Source: Hemiscyllium ocellatum
Taxonomy: Eukaryota
Assembly: GCF_020745735.1 (NCBI RefSeq)
Contig: NC_083410.1
Span: forward strand, 3,384,117 to 3,448,116
Length of the DNA: 64,000 bases
Reading direction: 5' to 3'
In this document: in pieces, positions 1 to 12,019 of the stretch
How the letters are laid out: each line of letters starts with the position of its first letter
Position numbering within the stretch: the stretch's first letter is position 1
Program-made: the position numbers and the translations under genes
Notes under the pieces: generated by a model
Databases searched by the model: none
The model's input: only the letters and a program-made list of their open reading frames with translations
What the model was told of the DNA's origin: nothing

Positions 1-429
1 TGACACACTCTCCACTCTACGTGAGACTTTCTCAAAAAACTCAAATAAATTAGTCAGACACAATTTCCCTTTCATGAAGCCACACTGACTCTGCTTGATT
101 AGATTATGATTTTCCAAATATTCTGCTATTACTTCCTGAATATATTAATGTGATTTTGTTTTCTCCATCCAGGGCAAGGGCTTGTCCTGATTGGAATTTA
201 GAATGAAAAGAAGATTTGAAACATCTCAGTTTCTTTGAGGCTTGACCGGGTGAATATGGAGAGGAGGTTGTTTCCCTTTGTGGGAGTGTCTGGGACCAGA
301 GGGCTAAAACTCATAGGAATGGGTCTGTGATTCAAAATGGAGATGAGGAGGAATTTCATCTCTCAGAGGAAGTGAATCTGAGGAATTCTTTACCACAGAG
401 GGCTGTTGAGACTGAGTCCTGAAGTACAA

Positions 430-2485
430 AGAACATAGAACATTGAAAAATACAGCGCAGTACAGGCCCTTTGGCCCTCCTTGATGTTGCGCCGAACCAA
501 GCCCACCTAACCTACATTAGCCCACTATCCTCCATATACCTATCCAATGCCCGTTTAAATGCCCATAAAGAGGGACAGTCCACCACTGTTACTGGCAGGG
601 CAGTCCATGAACTCACGACTCGCTGAGTAAAAAATCTACCCCTAATATCTGTTCTATACCTACCGCCCCTTAATTTAAAGCTATGCCCCCTCGTAATAGC
701 TCACTTCATACGTGGAAAAAGCTTCTCATGGTCAACCCTATCTAAACCCCTAATCATCTTGTACGCCTCTATCAAGTCACCCCTAAACCTTCTTTTCTCC
801 AATGAAAACAGCCCCAAGTGCCTCAGCCTTTCCTCATACGATTTTCCTACCATACCAGGCAACATCCTGGTAAACCTCCTCTGCACCCGTTCCAGTGCCT
901 CCACATCCTTCCTATAGTATGGTGACCAAAACTGCACACAATACTCCAGGTGCAGCCGTACCAGTGTCTTATACAACTGCAACATGACCTCAGGACTCCA
1001 GAACTCAGCTCCTCTACCAATAAAAGCCAGAATGCCATATGCCTTCTTCACAGCACTATTTACCTGGGTAGCAACTTTCAAAGATCTGCGTACATGGACA
1101 CCAAGATCCCCCTGCTCATCAACACTACCAACTGTCCAACCATTAGCCCAGTACCCCATCTTCTTGTTACTCTTACCAAAGTGAATCACTTCACACTTAC
1201 CTACATTGAACTCCATTTGCCACCTTTCTGCCCAGCTCTGCAGCTTATTTATATCTCACTGTAACCTGCCACATCCTTCCTCACTGTCAACAACTCCACC
1301 GACTTTCATATCATCCACAAACTTGCTCACCCAACCTTCTAGCCCCTCCTCCAGGTCATTTATAAAAATGACAAACAGCAATGGTCCCAAAACAGATCCT
1401 TGCGGAACACCGCTAGTAACTGCACTCCAAGATTAACCTTTACCATCAACTACTACCCTCTGTCTTGTTCCAGCCAGCAATTCCTAATCCAAACCTCTAG
1501 CGCACCCTCAATGCCATACCTTCGTATTTTTTGCAGTATCCTACCATGGGGAACCTTATCAAATGCCTTACTAAAATCCATATACACCTCACCTACCACT
1601 TTACCCTCATCCACCTCTTTAGTCACCTTCCCAAAGAATTCAATAAGGTTTGTGAGGCACGACCTGCCCTTCACAAAACCATGCTGACTATCCTTGATCA
1701 CATTATTCCTATCCAGATGTTCATAAATCCTATCCCTTACAATTCTCTCTGAGACTTTGCCCACAACAGAAGTGAGACACACCGGCCTATAGTTACTAGG
1801 GTTCTCCCTACTCCCCTTCTTGAACAAGGGAACCACATTTGCTATCCTCCAGTCATTTGGCACTATTCCTGTAGACAACGAGGACATAAAAATCAAGGCC
1901 AATGGCTCTGCAATCTCCTTCCTTGCTTCCCAGAGAATCCTAGGATAAATGCTATCAGGTGCAGGGGACTTATCTATTTTCACCTTTTCCAGAATTTCCA
2001 ACACCTCTTCCCTATATACCTCAAAGCCATCCATTCTAATTAATTGTAACTCAATATTCACATCGGCAACAATGTCCTGTTCCTGAGTGAATACTGACGA
2101 AAAGTATTCATTCAGTGTCTCCCCAATCTCTTCAGCCTCCACGCACAACTTCCCACTACTATCCTTGACTGGACCTATTCCTACCCTAGTCATTCTTTTA
2201 TTCCTGACATACCTATAGAAAGCCTTTGGGTTTTCCCTAATCCTACCAACCAAGAACTTTTCATGTCCCCTCCTTGCTGCTCTTAGCTCTCTCTTTAGAT
2301 CCTTCCTGGCCTCATTATAATTCTCAATCGCCCTAATTGAACCTTCACGCCTCATCTTTACATAGGCCACCCTCTTCCCTTTAACAAGGGATTCCAATTC
2401 CTTATTAAACCACGGCTCCCTCACAAGACCCTTTCCTCCCTGCCTGACAGGTACATACTTATCAAGGACACTCAATAGTAACTTT
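430..2485 (-). mobile_element. 5'-truncated CR1 LINE (RT region), nested in an older CR1 3' fragment (about 150-428 and 2486-2660, plus strand)
   Basis: ORFs 1453-2475 and 701-1216 show CR1 ORF2 motifs (NYRPV, QHGF, DFSKAFD, HLEYCVQFWSP). (TTCTATG)n tail at 430. Host sequence resumes on the other side. Confidence 0.95.
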
Positions 2486-3531
2486 GAGTCTGATAGCGAC
2501 AGATGTTTAGTCAGGAATGGAGTCCAGGGTTATGGAGAAAAGGCAGGAAAGTAGACACGGGGACTATCAGAGCAGCCATGATCTCACTGAATGGCAGAAA
2601 CAACACAATGAGCTGAATGGCCTAATTCTGCTGCTATATCCTCTGGTCTTAAGGTCCAGTTGTGGCATTTAACAGGTTATTGGATGGTTGTTTAAACATA
2701 AACAATGTGTTGTGTGAAGGGGAAAAGGCAAGCATTGGCACTAAGTTAAAGTGATCAGGGAGCTGGTGCTGATACAAAGAGCCCAATGGCTTCGACCTTC
2801 ATCAACATTCCTGTGATTTTGGGAACAGTGAGATTCCACTCTGTGCAGCAAACGTTGCTTCCTCTTTTCTGTTTCCTTGGCTCAGTTTGAAGCTATTGTT
2901 TATAAAAGGCAATCATATCTCAGCCAAATTGTCAAAATCACATATCTTTCAGTTAGCCTTTCTCTTTGTTCCGTAGATGGTGAAATCCCCAGTTTGTTCC
3001 ACAGTATTGTTGGTCCATTAACTAGCTGGGAAATGGTGGGAGCACAGGGGGACTCTACACTCTCAGTGAGTGTGAGGGAGCAACTTGAGAATAGAGAATT
3101 AATGTGAGTGTCAGCATCGGTCCATTGGTGAAATTCACTCTGAATCACAAAGCTGTAAATTCACCAACTTTGTAAAACATGAGGTTGTCTTTCATATCCA
3201 CCCCAAAAACGACCCAGTGAACATACAGACTAATCCAATCCTCCTATAATACACACCTTAATGTGCAGTCTATCCCTCAATCCCATTCTCCCAGTAAATG
3301 AATGACAGAAAAGGGTGGGAGGAACACTCCGTTTTTTGGTCTGTGTTCCCAACCTGTGGAGCTCTGCATCAGCTGTACCGAACAATCCCCAGACAGTGAT
3401 AAATTCGCCTTGTGACACTCCCCTCCAATTCTCAATGTTTAAACTTATAGAATTCACACAAACTCCACAGCAGCACAAACCATCGAGAGGTCTTTTATAA
3501 CAGGTTAAACTTCTCCAAAGCAAACACTTAC

Positions 3532-3583
3532 CCAAAGCAACACTGAGAATCAGAGTTATTGCAAATAGAGCTCCACTCTTCAT
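3532..3583 (-). CDS. Leader exon A: MKSGALFAITLILSVAL-G; remainder of gene presumably beyond base 1
   Basis: 52 nt, phase-1 donor G|GTAAGT. About 0.9 kb of its intron (2660-3530) is homologous to 17421-18300. Confidence 0.75.
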
Positions 3584-3589
3584 CTCAAC

Positions 3590-3900
3590 AGAGTGACAAC
3601 CCTGTTTCTCCACATAGTTTAGCTTACGTCCAGCTAAAACAATGAAACACAAAGTGTCCCAGCTGATTGCAGTTCATTTCTCAGGAGGGAAAGAAGTTAA
3701 AGTGTCAGTAAGGAGGAAGCAGTGACAATAAACCAATGGCTGCTCTCTTCTGAGGAAGGATATGATTGGCCGGATTTTCTCATAATCCAGTGAGTGCTTT
3801 TCAGCAGCGGTGCTAATTATTTATTCAGTGCAAGTTCCTCACACTCATTCATTTGAACATTGAGAATTCACACATTTGCTGCAAATTGTGACTGGACAAA
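3590..3900 (-). promoter_or_regulatory. Putative promoter/5'UTR of gene A
   Basis: Homologous to 47330-47640. Shared CCTTCCTCAGAAGAGAGCAGCCATTGGTTTATTGTC contains an ETS-type GAGGAA and an inverted CCAAT. Confidence 0.5.
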
Positions 3901-3999
3901 ATCTTTATGGAAATACACTGGTTCGGTCTTTACAGTGCAAGATACTTTGAACATTCCAATAAAAATAAAGGATATTGGGCAAGGAGTAAGTCACATCAT

Positions 4000-4910
4000 T
4001 GTCACTGAAGCTGTCATGTCAGACAAGCAAATTGAGATAAAGTCAGATCAGTCCCCTGGCCCTGATGACTTGCATCCTCGGATTCTGAAAGAGTGAGATA
4101 CAGAGATGTGTTAGTTTTAATTTTCCAAAAATCCTTGGATTCTGGAGAAGTAGCAAAGGATTAAGAAGCTGCCAATGTGACATCCATATTCAGAAGGGAG
4201 GGAGGAAAAAGCAGATATCTAAAGTACAGTTAACTGGGCATTTATTGTTGGAAAATAGTTGGAATTTGTAATGGAGGAAGTAATAGCGCAACACTTTAAA
4301 ATCAAGCAGATTCAGCATGGCTTCATGAAAGGGAAATCATGTCTAGATAATTTATTAGAAGCATTTTAAGGATGTCTTTTCAAAGTGTGCAGAGGAGAAT
4401 TGTATTGATAAATTTGGAAATGTTTGCAAACTGCATGAAAATCTTTGGAGTTCCCTGGATTGGAGATAATTAGCCTATCAGGAGAGGCTGGACAAACTTA
4501 GATTGTTTCCATTGAAGTGTCACAGGCTGAGAGATGACATGATAGACGTTTATAAAATTATGGGAGGCAGGGACAGAGTGGATTGTTGAAATCTTGTTCC
4601 TAGGTTAGTAATGTGAAATCCGAGGGTCATAGTTTAAAAGTGAGAGGGGGAATGTTGAAAAGCAATGTGTGAAGAGGGAGATTTTTTACACAGAGGGTGG
4701 TGGATGCCTGGAACGAGCTGCGAGGGTAGATGGTTGAAACAGATGCACTAACAACATTTAAAAGGCATTTAGACAGACATATGCATGAGCAGGGAATAGA
4801 GGGATACAGAACATGCGCAGGAAGATGAGAATAGTTTATAATGGCAACATGGTCAGCACAGACACGGTGGGCCGAAGGACCTGTTCCTGTGCTGTACTGT
4901 TCTTTATGTT
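4000..4910 (+). mobile_element. Degenerate CR1 fragments
   Basis: KSDQSPGPDDLHPRILKE remnant, CAGCATGGCTTC (QHGF) and a CR1 3' end. Confidence 0.75.
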
Positions 4911-5284
4911 CATATGAAATTATTCCTCAGCAACCTGTGGGGTTTGATCCCTGACCTTGCTGTCTACAGTTAGGGATACTGCCAGTGTGCCACAGCCCCC
5001 TGACCCTGACATTGGTTACATCTCAAGGGCAACAACTTCTCTCAAACAAATGGCTCAAACCATTTGTCATTTCCGTTGCTGTTCATTACAACATTCATTC
5101 TTAACACATGACTACACAGTGGGTTAGGGTGATGTGGGAGGTGAAAACTTTGTCACAAATCCACTTGGGAATTTTGAAAAAACCCCTTTCCCACGAGAGA
5201 CTGTGAGAAAGTGGGACTCGCTATTCCAGGGAGTGATTGAAGTGAATAGCACAGATTCACTTCAGGGGAAATTGGGAAAGTAAA

Positions 5285-8200
5285 TAGAACATAGAACATA
5301 GAACAGTACAGCACAGAACAGGCCCTTCAGCCATGATGTTGTGCCGACCACAGATTCTCACGCATGCACCCTCAAATTTCTGTGACCATATGCATGTCCA
5401 GTAGTCTCTTAAATGTCCCCAATGACCTTGCTTCCACAACTGCTGCTGGCAACGCATTCCATGCTCTCACAACTCTCTGTGTAAAGAATCTGCCTCTGAC
5501 ATCCCCTCTATACTTTCCTCCAACCAGCTTAAAACTATGACCCCTCGTGTTAGTCATTTCTGCCCTGGGAAATATTCTCTAGCTATCGACTCTATCTATG
5601 CCTCTCCTCAAATCTTGTATACCTCAAATAGGTCCCCTCTCCTCCTCCTTTTCTCCAATGAAAAAAGTCCGAGCTCAGTCAACCTCTCTTCATAAGATAA
5701 GCCCTCCAGTCCAGGCAGCATCCTGGTAAACCTCCTCTGAACCCTCTCCAAAGCATCCACATCTTTCCTATAATAGGGTGACCAGAACTGGACGCAGTAT
5801 TCCAAGTGCAGTCTAACCAAAGTTTTATAGAGCTGCAACAAGATCTCATGACTCTTAAACTCAATCCCCCTGTTAATGAAAGCCAAAACGCCATATGCTT
5901 TCTCAACAACTTGGGTGGCCATTTTAAGGGATCTATGTACCTGCACACCAAGATCCCTCTGTTCCTCCACACTGCCAAGAATCCTATCCTTAATCCTGTA
6001 CTCAGCTTTCAAATTCGACCTTCGAAAATGCATCATCTTGCATTTATCCAGGTTGAACTCCATCTGCCACCTCTCAGCCCATTTCTGCATCCTGTCAATG
6101 AGCCGCTGCAGCCTACAACAGCCCTCTATACTGTCAACAACACCTTCAACCTTTGTGTCATTTGCAAACTTGCTGACCCATCCTCCAATCCCCTCATCCA
6201 AGTCATTAATAAAAATTACAAACAGTAGAGGCCCAAGGACAGAGCCCTGTGGAACACCACTCACCACAGACTTCCAGGCAGAATATTTTCCTTCTACTAC
6301 CACTCGCTGTCTTCTGTTGGCCAGCCAATTCTGTATCCAGACAGCTAAGTTCCCCTGTATCCCATTCCTCCTGACCTTCTGAATGAGCCTACCATGGGGA
6401 ACCTTTTCAAATGCTTTGCTGAAGTTCATATACACCACATCCACAGCTCGACCCTCATCAACTTTTCTAGTCACATCCTCAAAAAACTCGATAAGGTTTG
6501 TGAGGCATGACCTGCCCCTCACAAAGCCGTGTTGACTGCATTTAATCAAGCCATGCTCTTCCAGATGGTCATAAATCCTAACCCTCAGAATCCTTTCTAA
6601 CACCTTGCAGACGACAGACGTGAGACTGACTGGTCTGTAATTGCTGGGGATTTCCCTATTTCCTTTCTTGAATAGAGGAATTACATTTGCCTGTTGTGGT
6701 TCTGTTCGCCGAGCTGGAAGTTTTTGCTGCAAACGTTTCGTTCCCTGGCTAGGGAACATCATCAGTGCGGTGGGAGCCTCGTGTGAAGCGCTGTTTTGAT
6801 GTTTCTTCCGGTATTTATATTGGTTTGTTCTTGCCGCTTCCGGGTGTCAGTTTCAGCTGCAGTGATTTGTATCTGGGGTCCAGGTCGATGTGTCTGTTGA
6901 TGGATGTTCTTGCCGTTTCCGAGTGTCAGTTTCAGCTGTAGTGGTTTGTATATGGTGTCCAGGTCAATGTGTCTATTGATGGAGTTTGGGGATGAATGCC
7001 ATGCTTCTAGGAATTCTCTGGCTGTTCTCTATCATCTGTCCTATCATAGGACAAGCCAGACAGAGAACAGCCAGAGAATTCCTAGAAGCATGGCATTCAT
7101 CCCCAAACTCCATCAATAGACACATTGACCTGGACACCATATACAAACCACTACAGCTGAAACTGACACCCGGAAACGGCAAGAACATCCATCAACAGAC
7201 ACATCGACCTGGACCCCAGATACAAATCACTGCAGCTGAAACTGACACCCGGAAGCGGCAAGAACAAACCAATATAAATACCGGAAGAAACATCAAAGCA
7301 GCGCTTCACACGAGGCTCCCACCGCACTGATGATGTTCCCTAGCCAGGGAACGAAACGTTTGCAGCAAAAACTTCCAGCTCGGCGAGCAGAACCACAACA
7401 ACGGATACCCGAGCTACAAATCTTCAATCAGATTTTACATTTGCCTGTCTCCAGTCCTCAGGTATGACTCCAGTGGAGAGCAAGAATGCAAAGATCTTCG
7501 CAAGTGGCGAAGCAATTGCATTTCTCGTTTCCCAAAGCAGCTGAGGACAAATTTGGTCCAGGCCTGGCGACTTGTCAATCTTAATGTTTGACAAAATTTT
7601 CAGCACATCAGCTTCCTCTATCTCTAACCATTCCAGCATGCACACCTGCTCTTCAAAGGTTTCATTCACTACAAAGTTCGTTTCTTTCGTAAAGACAGAA
7701 GCAAAAAACCCATTTAGGACTTCCCCTACCTTCTCAGACTCCACACACAAATTCCCTATGCTACCCCTGATCGGCCCTAATTTTTCTTTGACCATTGTCT
7801 TATTCCTCACATAAGTGTAAAATGCCTTTGTGTTCTCCCTAATCCGTTCTGCCAAGCCTTTCTCGTGCCCCCTCCTGGCTCTCCTCAGACCATTTTTGAG
7901 CTTTTTCCTCACCTGCCTGTAATCCTGTAGAGTTGAGCTTGACCCTAGCTTCCTCCACCTTATGTAAGCTACCTTCTTCCTTTTGATGAGTAGCGCCATT
8001 GCTCTCGTCATCCATGGTTCCTTTATCTTACTACTTCTTGCCTGTCTCAGAGGTACATATTTATTCATCACTTGCAACAACTGTTCCTTAAACAGTCTCC
8101 ACATGTCTATAGTGCCTTTACCATGGAACAATTGCTCCCCATCCATGCTTCCTAACTCAAGTCTAACCACATCATAGTTTCCTCTTCCCCAATTAAATAT

Positions 8201-9115
8201 CCTTCCATTTTGCCTAATCCTCTCCTTCTCCATAGCTATGTAGAATGTGAGGCAATTGTGGTCACTATCACCAAAATGCTCTCCCACCACAAGATCTGAT
8301 ACCTGCCCCGGCTCATTTCTGAGCACCAAGTCTAGAATAGCCTTTCCCCTCATTGGCTTGTCAACGTATTGAGTTAGGAAACCCTCCTGAACACACCTTA
8401 CAAAAACAGCTCCATTCAAATCTTCTGCTTGAAGGAGGTTCCAATCAATATTGGGAAAGTTAAAGTCACCCGTTACAACAACCCTACTACGTCCACACTT
8501 TTCCAAAATCTGCCGACCTATGTTTTCTTCCATCTCCCTGTTGCTATTGGGGGACTGCAGTAAACCCCTAATGAGGTGCCTGCTCTCTTGCTGTTCCTAA
8601 TTTCCACCCAAACTGACTCGGTAGGCAGATCTACCTCGACAATGGTAACTTCTGTAGCTGTGATACCCTCTCTGATTAGTAGTGCTACACCCCCTCCTGT
8701 TTTCCCCCTTCCCTATTCTTTTTAAATGCTCTAAACCCTGGAACATCCAACAACCATTCCTCCTCCTGAGAAAACCATGTCTCTGTTATGGCCACAACAT
8801 CATAGCACCAGGTACTGATCCATGCTCTAAGTTCATCGCTTTTATTCCTGATACTCCTTTTGTTAAAGCAAACACACTTTAACTGATCCCTTGGTTCTTT
8901 CCCAGGAAGATCCTTCCCACTATCTAGTCTACCTCTTGCTATTGCCTCATCTGCATCAACTCTCACCTCCGGTATACAGCTCAGGTTCCCAACCCTCTGC
9001 CATACTAGTTTAAACCCCCTCGAACTACTCAAGCAAACCTTCTACCCAGGACATTGGTCCCCTTCCAGTTCAGATGCAACCTGTCCTTCTTGTACAGGTC
9101 CCACTTTCCCCAGAA
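5285..9115 (-). mobile_element. Long CR1 LINE (endonuclease through RT to tail), split by a Penelope insertion
   Basis: ORFs 8685-9032 (VAITETW), 7424-8533 (GDFN, SDH) and 5608-6762 (FINDLD). The latter two join at QANV once 6695-7434 is removed. Tail at 5285. Confidence 0.95.
6695..7434. mobile_element. Penelope-like fold-back insertion
   Basis: About 350-nt inverted arms (about 6693-7030 and 7062-7400) around a roughly 30-nt spacer. Flanking duplication TTACATTTGCCTG at 6681 and 7435. CTGATGATG...GAAACGTTTGC terminal motif. Confidence 0.8.
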
Positions 9116-9719
9116 GGCATCCCAATTATCCCCAATAAATGAAGGGGAGGAGTGAATAGCTATGCTGCTGATAGTTATATGCAAAAGCATGGTCACATCG
9201 TCAAGTACAACACAAACATCAGCATCGACTGATTGGGCTGAATGGCCTGTGGCTTGGCCTCACCATTGCTATAATTTAATGGGCTTGTACACACATAGTG
9301 CTCACTTGGAAAGAGCTTCTTTATTGTTGTATTCCAAGCCCCCTTGTAATGAAAACCTCTCTCAAAAGGACATCATTGCAGCTGATAACCTTCTTTTGTA
9401 TGGTTCAGCAGGCCAGGGCAGGGCAGAGGACGTGGGTTTATTCATTGCATCAGAAATACTTGCATCTGAGAAGACAATCTTTTGATTAGTCTGTTTATAC
9501 TGTGGAACAGTTTGGTAGAATCATTGAATCATAAGGAAACCATTGATGGGACAGTCTGCACCTGAAGCAGAATGGGACCAACACCCCTGTGTGAGTGGGT
9601 TTGCTTGTGCTTTTGGGAGGAATTTAAAGTAGTTCCCTAGAGGGAGGGGATATTTTGTGTTAGTATGTAGGGACACAGCCTACTTTAGTGAAGGAACCAA
9701 GGCAGATCAAGTTCAGCCA

Positions 9720-10400
9720 TGTTGACTTTCAAGGAAGGAAGGCAGCTGGGTGGCCTGTACATTTATACTCAGAATAAAATGGGTCAGAGAGATTGGTTAA
9801 GGGCATGGATTGACACCTGGAATTGAACGTTGTTGCAATCACAGGGACATGTTTGAAAGAGGGACAGGACTGGCAACGCAACATTCTGGGGCATAGGATC
9901 TTTAGACAGGAAAGTGGAAGGTGCCAAAGAGAAGGTGGTGTTGTGTTACTTATGAAAGGAATCCGATATGCAGGAAGGAAGGACAATATCTCAGAAGGGT
10001 TTTCAAATGAGGCTTTGTGGGTAGAGATTAGGAGTCACACACTAGGAGTCAATTCCCAATAGTCAGCGGGCAATAGAAGAGCTGATACGTACACAATTCA
10101 CTGAGGTGTTTAACAAATGGATAATTATATTAGGGAATTTCAACTTCTTCAGCATTCATTAGGATAACAATGATATAAAAGGAGGAGCAGATTCCTTTAA
10201 GTGCATACAGGAGAGTTTTTTGCATTGATGTTTAGTTTGCCCAATGTGGGAAAGTGCAGTGCTGGAACTAAGTTGGTGGATTGAAGCTGGACAGATGCTT
10301 GAGGTGACAGTGGGGGAGCATTTTCATGACAGGAACCACAGCACCAAATGGTTTCAGTTTGTTCTGGGAAAGGAAGAAGATGGTCTACAAAAGCAGGTTC
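9720..10400 (+). mobile_element. Degenerate CR1 endonuclease-region fragment
   Basis: VVAITGTCLKEGQDW...GGVVLL...ALWVEIR in ORF 9823-10062. Confidence 0.7.
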
Positions 10401-10559
10401 TGGATTGAGATGTTTTGACCCACTCTTGTTTAAAAACATTTTACCCAAATAGTCTTGCGGTGGACAAGGGTGGGGGCGCAGAAATCAGTTTGTGGTTCAA
10501 CTCAATTTCTTTCACAAAATACTCCTTATTAAAAACACCATGTGACCATTTCCAAATAT

Positions 10560-11090
10560 TTATTCAACTCTATCCATCTGAGAAATGATATTACGCACAA
10601 TGGTCCGTGTGTTTGATCTGGGCTGTTGGAATCTCCTTTCTCTCTGATGCATTGCTGGCTCTCTTCCACAAAGCTGGTCTCACAGGTCAGGGCAGATCTT
10701 CTCCTGGGTCTTCTTGGGTTGCCTCACCATCTTCTGTCATGAGTCTTGCTGTGTGTCTTCCCTGCAAGCCTTCACTGAATCTTCACTGAATCATCATTGA
10801 AGTTTCTCTGTGTCCTCATGAGATGGTTGGGTCATGGTGTGTATTTTGATCCCTCTTTTGCTCCGGACCTTCCAAACTTTTCAGTGGCCTTTCACCATTG
10901 TGATCATAAACTGGGTTTAAGTCATCCAATGGAGTTGTGTCAACACCCTTCACTGTTACCGTGCTGGGAGGTGTAACGTGCACATAGTCAAGCAGTCCAC
11001 ACTTTCTCCACACACTCAGGCAATCAAGTTGCCAGAGTGTATGATCAATGCTTCTTCAATACACAGCTCTTGATCTGGTTATAACTGGTT
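10560..11090 (-). mobile_element. Possible decayed Gypsy integrase C-terminal fragment
   Basis: Stop-riddled frame ending ...KYTP*PNHLMRT, resembling the RNRRHL integrase tail. Weak. Confidence 0.3.
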
Positions 11091-11727
11091 CCTCTTGTGA
11101 CTGGTTGACCTTGGCTTCTGCGATTTCCTGAAACCGACACTATTGGCTGCTCTGTAATTTAGTTGGCCACTTTTCTGTCAGGACTGATTTCTCCAACTGT
11201 GGGTCAATTCAGAATGTCCAATTTTGGGATCATGGTTACTTGACCACAGGGTTATGCCAGATATTTTTTGAAAAAGAAAATAGAGCAGAATCTGGCCAAA
11301 GTAAACTGGGAACAGCAGGTGAGGGTGAGTCGGCAACAGAACTGTTGGAACTGTTCAAAATAAGATAAAGGTGTGAGTCAAGGACCAACATCAGCTGGGA
11401 TCAGAACAATCAACAGGAGCTGAAATTAAAATTAAGGCAAACTGAACCACGGCTGATCTTAAAGTATCTTAAAATAAAAGTTTAAATTGTGCTCCAGCAT
11501 AGCACATTAATATGTTATCAACATATCCAGGAAATTTCAAACTCTCAGCTCTCGAGTCTTCGGTAATCATTTCCCACAACATTCTGCAGGTCCTGTTCTG
11601 CTCAATGACACTCCCATCTCTACCTTGAATAGAGCATAGAACAATGCAGCACAGTATAGGCTCTTTAGCCCTCAATGTTGCACCAACCTGAGAAACTCAT
11701 CAAAAGTCCATCTTTTAGATTTTTTAA

Positions 11728-12018
11728 GCTTCCTTACAGTGTGGAAACAGGCCCTTTGGCCCAACAAGTCCATACCGACCTTCCAAAGAGTAATCCACCC
11801 AGACCCATTTCTCTCTGACTAATGCACCTAACACTGTGGGCAATTTAGAATGGCCAATTCACCTGAACTATGCATGTTTGGACTGTGGGAGGAAACCCAT
11901 GCAGACACATGGAGAATGTGCAAACTCCATACAGGCAGTCGCCCAAGGCTGGAATTGAACCTCAGTCCCTGCCGCAGTGAGGCAGCAGTGCTAACCATTG
12001 AGCTACCGTGCCGCCCCT
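11728..12018 (-). mobile_element. HE1-like tRNA-derived V-SINE
   Basis: GGCACGGTAGCTCAATGGTTAGCACTGCTGCCTCAC head, central GGGTTTCCTCCCACAGTCC V-domain, LINE-derived tail. Confidence 0.85.
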
Positions 12019-12019
12019 A

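Noticed and set aside
2877-3148. Intron-1 ORFs shared by genes A and B as a coding exon
   Set aside because: The frame is broken by indels between the paralogs (2900-3148 versus about 17790-18050).
3230-3652. ORFs 3230-3652, 17339-17623 and 47488-47712 as full proteins or TM exons
   Set aside because: Only the 52 nt from ATG to GTAAG are frame-conserved in all three. The rest is UTR and intron read-through with different stops.
11940-12018. tRNA gene
   Set aside because: tRNA-like A/B boxes are SINE heads continuing into the V-domain and LINE tail.
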